Assembly (NCBI RefSeq): GCF_018350175.1
Contig: NC_058383.1
Span: 19,594,001 to 19,658,000 of the forward strand
Length of the DNA: 64,000 bases
Direction of reading: 5' to 3'
DNA from: Felis catus
Lineage: Eukaryota
The notes under the pieces were generated by a model, which searched no databases, was not told the origin of the DNA, and saw nothing but the letters and a program-made list of their open reading frames with translations. Below are positions 39,501-50,489 of this stretch, piece by piece. The translations under genes and the position numbers were made by a program. Each line of letters starts with the position of its first letter. Positions within the stretch are counted from its first letter, which is position 1.

Positions 39501-40759
39501 AAAAATTCCTCACTCCAGCCCCCATCCTGCCTGATCTTATCTCCCACCACTGTCCCTGGCTCACTGCGCTCTAGCTGATCTTTTCCGAACTATGAACAGG
39601 TCGAGTTCATTATGCCACAGGGCCTTTGCACTTGCTCTACCGTCTTGCTTGATACATGCTCAGTAAATATCGGTGGGGAGTGCAGCTTCCCTGCCCTCTG
39701 CTTCCTCCTTCCTGGTGTTAAGCTGGAGAAGGTTGGGGAAGCAAGAACAGTGGCCTTGTCCCAGCTTCCCTGAACCAAGGAGGGTGGGTTTAAATCCACG
39801 TAAGAAATGCAAGGTGTCTGATTCTCTACTCCCGCTTCCCAAAGCCTAGACAACTCTCTGTTACAAGCAGAGCCTCAGCTGACCACCTGGGTCCCTTTTC
39901 TCTTAAGATCCTGGCGGGGCAACGAAGAGACCAGCGTCAGGTCTGTGTCAGACTTCCATCCCGACCACCCCTCCACCACTCGCGCATCTTTTCTGTTTGC
40001 TGCTTGCTTTGAACAGTTGGTTTTCTGAGACGGCGCTCAGGCAAAATGGACTGGAGCTGGTATTTGAGTGGCTAGCATGCCGTGCATGGGATGGCATACC
40101 ATGGCGGCTGGGAGCTCTGCAGCCTGACCTGGGTTCAAGTCCTGCTCCGGGATGTCCTCGCTGTGTGGTCCTAAGCGAAACCTCAGCCTCTCTGGGCCTG
40201 CTTCCTCATCTATAAAATGGGGGTAATAACTGAACCTGCCCGCGAGAGACGTGATGTAGTGGGCGTAGGGCACTCAGCACATTGCTTGGCCTTAAAGAGA
40301 AATTTTTATTAAAAATTATATATATAATTTTTATAAAGAGCTCTTGAAGGCAAAAAGTCCAGAGGGCTAGTTCAGGCTCCGTCCTTCACTGTGTGACCTT
40401 GGGCAAGTCCCTTTTCCTCTCTAGCACAAAGTTTCTCCATCTGTAAATCATGGGGTGGTGGTGGGGGGGGGGATGACTTAGGCCTCTAAAGGGGTAGATT
40501 TGGGCTCAGCACAGAGGAAGGATTTCTAACAAACATCAGGCTGCATGTGAGGTAGTGAGCTCCCCATCACTCCTAGCGCATGGTACAGAATGCCAGAACA
40601 GAAGGGAACCTCATGCGGCCAAGCCGCTTCTTTTGCCGAGGGTGGCCGTCCGGGTAGCTACTCAGGGAGCAGACTGATCACAGACACAGAGCTTACGTCC
40701 CCGGCCTGCGTCTTCATGCCACCTGCCCGGGTTCAGCTACGGGCCTGCCACTGACTAGC

Positions 40760-41135
40760 CGGGCCACCTTGGCAAAGTGCAGCAGCTTCCGGTAATCCTT
40801 CGTACCTCTCCGTCTGGGGGCTTGCTTCCTGGAGCAGCTGCACGTGCTGGAGAACTAATGCCCTTGACCAGACGGAAGCTGGTGGACCAACACCGGGCTC
40901 CCTCACCCCTGCAGGGATAGCTTTGGACAGGCGCTGTGCATGGTTACCCGAGGCTCCCAGCGGGTGGAAGGTCAGTTGCCCGGGCTGGCCCCGTTGGATA
41001 ACACACCGTTTACTGCCTCCTGACCTTCCCCGCCTCGTGTCCCCACTCCCGAGCAAGGTTTCCTGGAATCACCACCTACAGCAGCTAACTGCACTTGAGT
41101 CCTTGGCTCGGGGGGAACCCAAACAAACAGAGACA
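40760..41135 (+). mobile_element. Ancient ERVL-type LTR (LTR16/LTR33-like) just past the IL4R 3' end
   Basis: ttcctggaatcaccacc...tgcacttgagtccttg...ggggaacccaaac...gaca end. Confidence 0.55.
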
Positions 41136-41254
41136 GAAAGTTAACCTCTTGGACCTCATTTCCTCTGGATGGAAAGATCCAATGAGTTAACAGAGATAAA
41201 GAGCTCACCACCACCTCGGCCCAGATGTTTGTTTAATACACGGAGGGGGCAGGG

Positions 41255-42247
41255 AACGGAGATAAAGAGGCTTTATTTACATAAAACACCTCGCCCTGCC
41301 CTCCGATTCCACAGCGATTTCTCAGTGAAGACAAATACCAGGCGATAAAATAATCTTCGGGATGCAAACAAACATTACACAACCAGAGGGGCAGGTCGCC
41401 GTGCCGGCTGAGGGTGTGGTGTGGGCCGGCGGAGCGCCTAGCTCGGCCAATCCCTCCCTCCCTCCCTCTGGCTGCTGCGGCTGCCAGCAAAGTGCCTGCG
41501 GGGGCACAGACTGGCCCCGAGGTAGCTGGCTGTGTTCATTCTGGGGCTCCTGTGCTTAACAGGAGCCCCCGGTCTCAGCGGTTGTGTGGGAACCAGACAG
41601 CAGCCAGTCGTGGCTTCGTGATCCCAGTCTTTCGGGTCCTTTTGTGTCTGTTAGCGCACTTGACTTCGCGCCCCGCCACGCCCAGGTCCCGCCCTCAGGG
41701 TCGACCTAAGGAGGGTCTGTTGAATGAATGGGCACCTCCGGGCAAATGACCACCCTTCCAGGACCACGACGTCCCATCCATTTCCCAAGGTCTCCCAAGT
41801 CATTCCCTGGTGGGCTCGGCCTCCAATCCGGTGAGACAGCGGCAGCCGATCCCAGAACCCGGCAAGACAAGAGTAACAGAGTGACGAGCGGACAAAGCGC
41901 ACCCAGGGTGAGCGCAGCAGGGAGGGCGCGTGGACGCATGAAGTGGCCAGTGGCTCGTGCATAAGCCGAGGCACCCAAGGAGCTCCCGATCCCCGCAGGG
42001 GCCTCTCCCCCGTGCCCTCCACTCCCTTGGGTTGTGGCGAGCCCAGGCCAGGGCTGGGAGCTGGGGGAGGGGCGGGGTGGAGCCCAGTCTCTTTACCCCC
42101 AGGTCAGACCACCTCCCAGCTTCATAGCAGGGTTCTCCAAGTCTTTTGCAAATCCTCCAGCCTAGCCGCCTTCCGGGGGAGGCACTTCCCAGGCCGGGCT
42201 AAGGCCCAGCCCTCACTCGAAGACGGCAGTGACAAGCGGGCACGCGC
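41255..42247 (-). other. IL4R: IL4R 3' UTR (end approximate)
   Basis: Lies between the stop codon and AATAAA at 41272-41277. Confidence 0.8.
41272..41277 (-). terminator. IL4R polyadenylation signal AATAAA (a second ATTAAA lies at 41232-41237)
   Basis: Plus-strand TTTATT about 970 nt after the stop codon, preceded by UGUA. Confidence 0.8.
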
Positions 42248-43805
42248 CTAGGAAGCCATCGTGCACGTGGGCTCTGGGGAGAGCATGGCCACCTTTTTGG
42301 GGGTCTGGCTTGAGCTGTGAGCATGGCTCAGGGCAGGCTGGAAGCACAGGGAGGGCGGGCCCTCCTCTGAGACAGCCAAGGGTGCCGGGGAGGCTGGAGA
42401 GAGGCTGGCCTCCAGGGGCACCCCACCTGGCAGGGGGTCCGGGGCCCTCAGAGGGCTCACCAGCGGCGAGGACCTGTCTCCACAGCAGCAGCCGCAGCAG
42501 GGGCTGGCCACGGGGTGGGCCTCACCACCCTCCTCCTGGCCGTGACACTGCTTCAGGTGGCCACACAGGTGGCAGGTGAGGGCTGAGTAGACAATGCCGC
42601 TGGCCAGGTCGTCCCGGAGGGGGTCTGCGGCCTGCTCCGGGGCCGGCGGGGTCTTGTGGCTGTCCTGCGCCTTCCCCGCTGGCTCTGGGGAGCTGCCCGG
42701 GAGGGGGGAGTCCTGCGGGCAATGAGGTGGCTCCGCGTCCAGTCCGAAGGTGAACAGGGGGACGGGGACTGGGGCGGGGGCCCCAGGGCAGCCAGGAGTG
42801 AGGCTCTGGAAGGGCTTGTAACCCCCGTCCCCACTGCCGGCCTCACCCCCGGATGTCTCTGGGCAGACGGCACCGCTAGTGAGCAGACTCGAGAAGGCCT
42901 TGTACCCGGCCTCCTCCGAGGGGCCGAAGTCCCCCACCCCGCTGTCCTGGGTGCTGCCCTGCCTCACGGCGCACACAAACTCTCGGTAGCCGCTGCCGGG
43001 GGCCGGGGCCGGGGCCCCCCTGTGCTGCAGGACTCGCTGACGCAGAATCTGCTCCCAGGTCTCTGCCTCGGGCTGGAGCGCGGAAGGCGGCTCCGAAGGC
43101 TGGGGGGCAGCGGGGATGCCGGGGTCCGCCTCCCCCAGGCGTCCCGCCAGCTCGGGGCCCGAGTCACACTCGCCGGGACCTGAGGACCGGCCCTGGAAGG
43201 TCCCGAAGCTGCGGTAGGCGGGGTTGTCTGTGACGACCGGGGGCGTCTCTGGGAAAGTCGGGCTGGCTGGGCTCTGGGGCAGAGTGGCCAGAGGATCGGA
43301 CCGGGGGTCGAAAGGCTGCTCCTTGCCCTGGGGCGATGCCTCCTGGGGCCCCGGACCCGGAAACTCAGCCCAGGGCATCTGAGCACCTGCACTTCCCGAA
43401 GGAGGAGGAAACCACGATTCCAGCGAGCCCTGTGGGCCAAAGCCCCCTTTCTCAACCCCGAGAAGGTCCATGAAGAGGCTTTCGGTCAGCCGGGCCGCGA
43501 TGCCCTCCCGGCCCTCCTGGAAGCTGTCCTCGAGGTTCACAGGCGATGGGCAGAAGCTCCCTTTATCTTCCTCCTCCTCCTCCTCCTCCTCGCTCTCCAC
43601 CGGGGCCTCCAGGAGCTCCACACATCGCACCACACTGATGCTCTCGGGCCAGAGGATCGTCTTGCTGACCTCCACGGGGCACCATGCTGATTTTCCAGAA
43701 CCCTGCGAAGGCCCATTTCTGGCAATCTTGGAGGGATCCTCTTTCCTTTCCACGCCGTGCTCCAGTAAACAGGGCAGGAGCTTCCTAAGACAAGTCTTCC
43801 AGTGT
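42248..43805 (-). CDS. IL4R: IL4R terminal coding exon: cytoplasmic tail with acidic region, I4R motif (NPAYRSF), STAT6-docking GYREF/GYKAF/GYKPF and ITIM IVYSAL
   Basis: Acceptor TCGCAG|ACACTGG (P-HWKTCLRKLLPC); contains the 501-aa ORF 42248..43753; TAG stop at 42250-42248. Confidence 0.98.
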
Positions 43806-43933
43806 CTGCGACAGCAAAGAAAAGTTTGGTTGGGATTCGCTTTCTCTGCTGGAAAAACTCCTATTCGTCCTTCAAAGCCCAGCTTAAAATCAGCCTGGAC
43901 TGACGTCTATCTAATGCAGACAGGCCTCCTGAC

Positions 43934-44151
43934 TTTTTTTTTTTTTTTAACATTTATTTATTTTTGAGACAGAGAGAGACAGAGCATGAACAGGGGAGGG
44001 TCAGAGAGAGAAGGAGACACAGAATCCGAAACAGGCTCCAGGCTCTGAGCTGTCAGTGCAGAGCCCGACGCGGGGCTCGAACTCACGGACCGTGAGATCA
44101 TGACCCGAGCCGAAGTCGGACGCTTAACCGGCTGAGCCACCCAGGCGCCCC
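43934..44151 (-). mobile_element. Can-SINE in the last IL4R intron (sense to IL4R)
   Basis: TSD ggcctcctgacttt. Confidence 0.95.
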
Positions 44152-44394
44152 TGGCCTCCTGACTTTATAGTCAATAATCTGTCAGTCTGACTTCCCTACT
44201 AGCCCAGGAACTCCCTGAAGGCAGGGCCCGTGTCTCACTTTGAGATTTCTGGAGGCCACACACACACACAACCTGGCACCCGACACAAACTCAGTCTACG
44301 GAATAAGGAAGAGTCTCCGTCAGGGACGATGACATTTAAAAATACTTACCAGGTTGACAATAAACTTCATATATTGAAAAAAAAATACTTATCA

Positions 44395-44606
44395 GGGGCA
44401 CCTGGGTGGCTCAGTCGGTTAAGCGTCTGACTCTTGATATCAGCTTGGGTCAAGATCTCACGGTCTGTGCGCTCAAGCCCCACATCGAGCCCCGCGTAGG
44501 CATGAAGCCTGCGTGGGATTCTCTCTCTGCCCCTCCCCCACTCGTGTGTGCGCACGTGCTCTCTCTCTCTCAAAAATAAAAATAAAAATAAAATAAACTG
44601 AAAAAA
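44395..44606 (+). mobile_element. Can-SINE (older)
   Basis: Head, (CT)n and (AAAAT)n tail. Confidence 0.9.
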
Positions 44607-45137
44607 CTACTGATCAATTTAAAATATTTATCAATACCACAGCACAAGTAATGACCGGGGCTGTGGGGTCCTAGGCTGGGGCAGTGTCCTGGGACCCCCG
44701 TGCTGTGCCAGGTACCAACTCTTTAGTTACTGGACTGTGGGTCATCCAGGAACGAGCTAGGGGAGGCAGGGGCGATGGTCAGACACTCAGGGGTTCCAGA
44801 GTTGGCGATTCGCCAACCTAGCACGCGATGCTGTTGACATTGTAACAACCGGCACAGCCGTCCGGCTTGTAACCTCTACCAGCCTGGCTCAGGCCAGGCT
44901 GCGCACTTCCGAGGGGGTTCGGCCTGGGCCTGACCCCTGGGGAAATTCAGGGGGCTTAGCCAACATGCCCACCTACCCAGACCTCCTCTCCTCCTGCCAC
45001 CCTCCAAGCCCAGTGTCCCAGGGCAAGTCCTGAATGCTCAGGAGGAAAAACAGGCGGGGGTGGGGGTGTGGTCCTACCGCCCCACTTCCAACATCCTCCA
45101 AATCCACACAGGCTGTGACCTGAGTTCATATACATAC

Positions 45138-45187
45138 GGGCACTTGGCTGGTTCCTGGCCTCGGGACCGCTTTCCCCACAGCGACAC
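45138..45187 (-). CDS. IL4R: IL4R coding exon 8 (VSLWGKRSRGQEPAKCP)
   Basis: Acceptor TTTTAG|GT, donor CC|GTATGT, 50 nt. Confidence 0.95.
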
Positions 45188-45384
45188 CTAAAATACAGAG
45201 ACAGCCAATGAAATGGAGTGGAGAGGCCTTGCGGCCCAGCCTGGCATACGGCACAGCTCAGGGAGTGTTTGCTGCAAAAGGAGTGTTCGACGTGACATCA
45301 CATAGGCCGGGGGTCCAATCGAGGTCACTCCAGCTCTCTGAGCCTCAGCGTCCCGCGGGATCGACGAGACTGCCCAGATATCAA

Positions 45385-45719
45385 GTCGCCGGGGCGGATG
45401 ATAAAAATGGCCACACTGCTCTGAAGCTCCTCCCACCCTCTGAATCTGGCCTGGGCGTGTGACTTGCTTTGACCAACAGGATGCCGCGGAGTGACATCGG
45501 CCCGGCCAGCTCGAGGACGTCGCCACTGCTCCAGCGGACAGTCAGCCAACCTCCAGGCCTGTGGCTGAGGCCACTGGGAAGGGGCCCATCCCAGAGCCTT
45601 CCACCCCCACCACTGCATGGAGCCCAAACTGCCCACATGCAGAAGAAAGTGCTAATTTAGAGTGTTTCAGCTCTCTAAATTTGGGGCTGATTTGTTACAC
45701 AGCAAAGCTCACTGATACA
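45385..45719 (+). mobile_element. Old MaLR LTR (MLT1G/H-like)
   Basis: ctgggcgtgtgacttgctttgacc...gatttgttacacagca...ctgataca. Confidence 0.65.
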
Positions 45720-46568
45720 TGAACAGCACTTATTACGTGCAGGACCCTGCAATATATACTTTATACGTGTCGCCTCCATGAATTCCAGTATCAGGTAACC
45801 ACTACAATAACCCACGTGAAGAAACTGGCTCAGAGAGGTTAAGCAACATGCCCGAGTCCACACCGCAGGTAAATGGCGAAGCCAGGGTTCCAAACCAGAC
45901 CACTGGACTCCAGAGCCTGCCGGCGGGTCCCTGGAGAACGGAGGACACTTGGATGTTCTGTTCTAGACGGGGCTTGTGTCCTCCCTTCCCTCCCTCCTAC
46001 AGAGCCCTGAGATCACCCAGGAAACCCCACGTGGCCATGGCATTGGAGAAGCTCATCCACCCTTAGTTCAGGGGTATCCATCTGGCTGGTCTCAGAGCAT
46101 CCCCACTCCCTTACTGGTGAATGCTTTAGGAAAGGGCGTGTGGTACAATTCAGACCGATGAGAATTGAGGAGAGATTTGCTCGTGCTTTGGGGGCAGTTT
46201 TCTGCTCGTAAGAGGAAGACACAGGAAGCCTGTCCCCAACCCCCTCACCTTTTGGCTTCTTGCCCTGGTACAGAGACCTTTCCAGGAGATGACACGGAGG
46301 TGACCTCAAGGGTCACCTCCTCCCGGGGAGATAAGACGCCAAGCAACCAACCCAGAGGAACCCCGGCCTGTCGGGAAGAGTAGCCGTGGAAGCTAGGGGG
46401 CAGGGAGCAAAGGCTCTGGGCTCCTAGTGACCACACGAAGCTTCTGAAATCCAGAAACCTTCCTGACTTGTCAGGTGCAGTTCCAAAAGCCAACAGCCTC
46501 CCAGGCATTTTGAATCCTGCTTCCTGAAGCGTGCGGTCTACAAAATGCTAACCGACCCACTCTCCTAC

Positions 46569-46647
46569 CTGTGGGTCCTGGATGACTATCGCCACTAGGT
46601 GGCTGTGGGCGGGGTTGGGAATCTGGTCCCACCATTCTTTCTTAATC
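46569..46647 (-). CDS. IL4R: IL4R coding exon 7, Box1 (IKKEWWDQIPNPAHSHLVAIVIQDPQ)
   Basis: Acceptor TTTCAG|GA, donor CAG|GTAGGA, 79 nt; JAK-binding Box1 WWDQIPNP. Confidence 0.97.
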
Positions 46648-46674
46648 CTGAAAAAGAAAAGGGAGAGTTATTGA

Positions 46675-46881
46675 GGGGCGCCTGCGTGGCTCAGTCGGTT
46701 AAGCGGCCGAATCTTGATGTCGGCCCAGGTCACGATCTCACAGTTTGTGGGTTCGAGCCCCGCGTCAGACTCTGAGCTGATTGCCCAGGGCCTGCTTGGG
46801 ATTCTCTGTCTCCCTCTCTCTCTCTCTGCCTCTCTCGTTTGTGCTCTCTCAAAATGAAAAAAAAAAAAGCATTAAAAAAAA
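46675..46881 (+). mobile_element. Can-SINE next to the Box1-exon acceptor
   Basis: TSD agagttattg (46664-46673 and 46881-46890). Confidence 0.93.
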
Positions 46882-48543
46882 GAGTTATTGGGTGCATGAA
46901 CAGGTTGATGTTCTTTCCGTGAAGGGGTCAAGGACCACGTTGAGAAGGTTCGTGGATGCCTTGCCCTAACCTCATTCTACAGATGAAGACACCAAGGCCC
47001 AGAAGTGAAGTGACAGCTGGACTGTGGGCAGAACAGCCAGGTTCTGTTAGCCAGGATGGAGCTCCTGATGTGGCCACCTCTGCCCTCCGTAGGAATAAGC
47101 CCCAGGGAGTTAGGAGACACCCAGGCAGCAGAGAGAGAATTCTGGGTTTCTCCATCAGCAATTCTGCCCTCCCCGGGGCAGCCAAGACCAAGATGCTGGG
47201 GTGAGGCCTGGAATGGTCAGAGCAGTTGAGGGAACCCAGAGAGAAACGGAGTCCTTCTCTCCGCCTGGTCTGTCTGGAGCCACACGGCGTCAGTGCTGGG
47301 AGGGAAGGTTCTCAGATCACCTCTGACTGGCTTCTTCCCACTTCACTCAGTCTGGCAACACATATTTATTGAGCATTTGCTATGCACCATTCACTGGTCC
47401 AGGCGTCGGGAACGCAACAGTGAACAAGACAGACAAAAATCTCCGCCCTGGCGGAACTGACCTTCTAGAAGACAGCGACCTCAGCCATGGCAACTTCAGT
47501 GTCACGAATAAAAACACAGAAGAAAGGGAATAGAGAGGAATAGAGGGTGTGCTCGCAGAAGGCCTCTTGGAGGAGGGGACTTCTGAGTGGCCACGGGGGG
47601 GGGGGGGGCAGGAGCCACGGTGACACCCGGGGAAAGGGCCTCCCTGGCAGGGAGGGATCGCCGATAGGGAAACTGAGGCTCACAGAAGGGGAAAAGACCA
47701 GCCCAGGGGCACGCAGAGCCATCCGGAATAAGACACGAAGGGAACCTGTATTTGCTGCACGCCTACTGTGTGGCCGGCAAAATGCAGGACCCTGCTCGCT
47801 CAGCGCCCAGTTGTCGCTAAGCCTCACGCGGTGAGCCAAGGCTCTCTGGTCCCATTTCAGAGATGGGAAGATGGCCGTTGTGAGACACCACAAACCCACG
47901 TGCCTGAGCTCACTGGAAACAAGGCTCCTTCTATCCCGCCGCCCCCCCCCCCCCCCCCCCCCCCCCACCTACTGTGGCCCGGGACTCCCAGGGCTGAGAG
48001 GTTCGGCCTCTTATTGGCCACAAAGCTCCCGAGCTCCAAGGCCAGCATCCAAACGCAGGTCTCCGGGACAGCTGTCTAGAATTCCTCTGTCTCCTGCCAC
48101 GTGCTCTGAGTGTCTGGACCTCACCCTGGGGATCCAGGGTGACCCATCTTCCTTCTGCTGGAGGAAAGTCCCTCCCCAGCTCATTCTCCCTCCAGAATAT
48201 CCCTCAGCTCGAATATCGCCTCCTCAGAGGGGCCCGCCTGGCCTCCCGGCCCAGCAGCCCGCACATTTCTTCCCTTCGCCCCGGCAGATTCCCTTCAGCG
48301 CACGGATCACTACGGAAACCAGCTGTGGTTATTGGTTGACCGATGGCTTCGGTCTCCCCACAAAGAGCACAGACAGGGTCGTCGTCGGCCCTGCTCTCAG
48401 CTGTTGCCCCTGGGCCTCGCGCATAGTAGCTGCTCAATAAATTCGTATCGTGAGAGCGGACGGACCCGAGGGGGGTTCCCACCCTCCGCACACCCCAGCG
48501 GGGAGGGCTCGCGGGCCATCCCGTGGCGAAGCCCCGGACTCAC

Positions 48544-48640
48544 TTGATGACGCTGAGGTAGCAGGACAGGCAGACGGCCAGGATGACAAGGCAGGAGATG
48601 CTGACGCCAAGTGGGAGGTGCTGCTCCCAGGGCTCGTAGT
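48544..48640 (-). CDS. IL4R: IL4R coding exon 6, transmembrane (HYEPWEQHLPLGVSISCLVILAVCLSCYLSVIK)
   Basis: Acceptor TTGCAG|AC, donor AA|GTGAGT, 97 nt; hydrophobic helix. Confidence 0.96.
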
Positions 48641-49129
48641 CTGCAAGTGGGAGGGAAGCCGTGAGCCTGCGCCGTGCTGGGTGCCGCCCGCTGGTTCCCA
48701 GGCCGCCGAGGCCTCGGGAAAGGGTCCGCTCAGACCCTGCGTGGGCCGGCCTCCACCCAGCGCTCCCGCCTCACCCACTGCTACTGAGCCCTGGCCACAC
48801 GGCCTCCTCACTCTCCCCTGCTCCTCCCAAGCTCCGTGGCACCCCAGGATCTTGAACTCGCCGCTGCCCCTCTCCTGAAGCCCAGAGGTCAAGAGCGGGG
48901 GGGGGGGGGCTGCGGAGCCCGACTACCTGAGTTCAAAGCCTGACTCTGTCATATCCTTGCTGGTGACCCAGGACAAGGCCCTCAGCCTCTCTGTGTGCCT
49001 CGGCTTCCTCATCTGTACACTGGGGTTAACACAGCACTGAGGTCGCAGGGCAGTTGTGGGGATCACACGACGCGGTCAGAGCAGCGCCCGCATGTCCCAT
49101 AAGCCTTTGCCGTTGTTGTCTGTGCACAG

Positions 49130-49440
49130 CTGGCCCCTTCTCAATCACTTCACCGTCACCTGCTCCAAAAAGTTCCCGCACGCCCTCTCCCCTGCTGCCC
49201 CTCCCATCTCTCTGTGCCTGCACCCTGATTTTCTCCCCGGACTTAATGTCATATGGGTCAAGGGCTATCTGACTTATTTTCCTGTTTACTTGTTTGTTCT
49301 CTGTCTCGCCTCCAGAAGGTCCGTCCCACAAGATCAGGGATTTCTGTCTGTTTCGTTCATGGCTGATGCCCCAGAGTCTAACACAGGGCCAGGCGTGCCG
49401 TATGGGCTCAATACATATTTGTGGAAATAACAAATGAGTG
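49130..49440. mobile_element. LINE-2 3' fragment (others at about 12950-13400, 47340-47640 and 61500-61800)
   Basis: L2-type end: ...ctcaatacatatttgtggaa. Confidence 0.6.
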
Positions 49441-50405
49441 TCCAGCCCATCGTACATGCTCCATACAAGCCATTTCTCTCCCCTTTCCTTCCCTTCCCCA
49501 GGGCAGTGGTTTAATCGAGTGAACGGGACAAAACTTTGCCCAGCACTATACCACGTGGGACACTCAGTGGGAGAAGATCCTACCTATGGAGTGGAAGGCA
49601 GATGGGTCAGGAGACATCTGCAGGGCAAGACGAACAACACAAGAGGGCTGAGGTCAGGGGCGGGGGCGGGGCGGGGCGGGTGGGGTACCCACCCGCGGCC
49701 ACGTTGCCCGGCACTTTGAAGACCCTTCTCCCACTGGGTGTCCACAACAGCCCTGCTCCTTCTCCATGGTACAGACCGGTGCCTGAGGCGGCCCCTTTAC
49801 CCAACAGCTAGCTCCCCTCCTCCTTGCCAGGGATCAGTGTGCCCACCCTGAGGTTTGGGTCAATCGTGATTATCTTATTCTCCTTTCCAGGCATGAGTTC
49901 CCAGCCTCTCTTGCAGCTGGGAGAGGCCCCGCGACAGTCCTGGCCAATGAGATGCAAGGGAAGTCCGCTAGGGAAGCTTCTGGAAAGATTTTTGCTTCCT
50001 GATGAAAGAGATGTCCGAGGAGCACTTGTTTGTGGCAGCCTTTCATTTCTTTTAGGCTTTGGGGCATGAGGGCGTGTGCAGCAGCCAGCTTGGGGCACGG
50101 GGTAACGAGTCTAAGGATAAAACGCTACCATGCTAAGGAGGGCTGAGGGAAAGAAAACAAGCCTCTGGGGCCACATCACTGAGCTGAGGTATAAACCAGG
50201 GAAGGTCCACTTGTCAGACTTCATTTTATGTGAGATAAATCAATGTTTCCGTTGCAAAAAGCCATGAGTAACAGTGTTGCAAAGACCGCTTGTGGGGGCC
50301 GGTGGGGGTAATGCAGCTACCATATGAGGGACTACATCTCCCAGAATCCCTTGCAGCTCTGTGTGGCCATGTGACTAGTTCCACCAATAAAACTGGAGAG
50401 GAAGT

Positions 50406-50406
<1 letters not shown>

Positions 50407-50450
<44 letters not shown>
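50407..50450 (+). repeat. (GT)n microsatellite
   Basis: Read directly. Confidence 0.95.
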
Positions 50451-50451
<1 letters not shown>

Positions 50452-50489
50452 ACTTCTGGGCTCACGTTTTTAAGAAGCGCTTTCTTACG

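Noticed and set aside
42656..43967. Overlapping and antisense ORFs over the large IL4R exon
   Set aside because: Shadow ORFs of a GC-rich coding exon.
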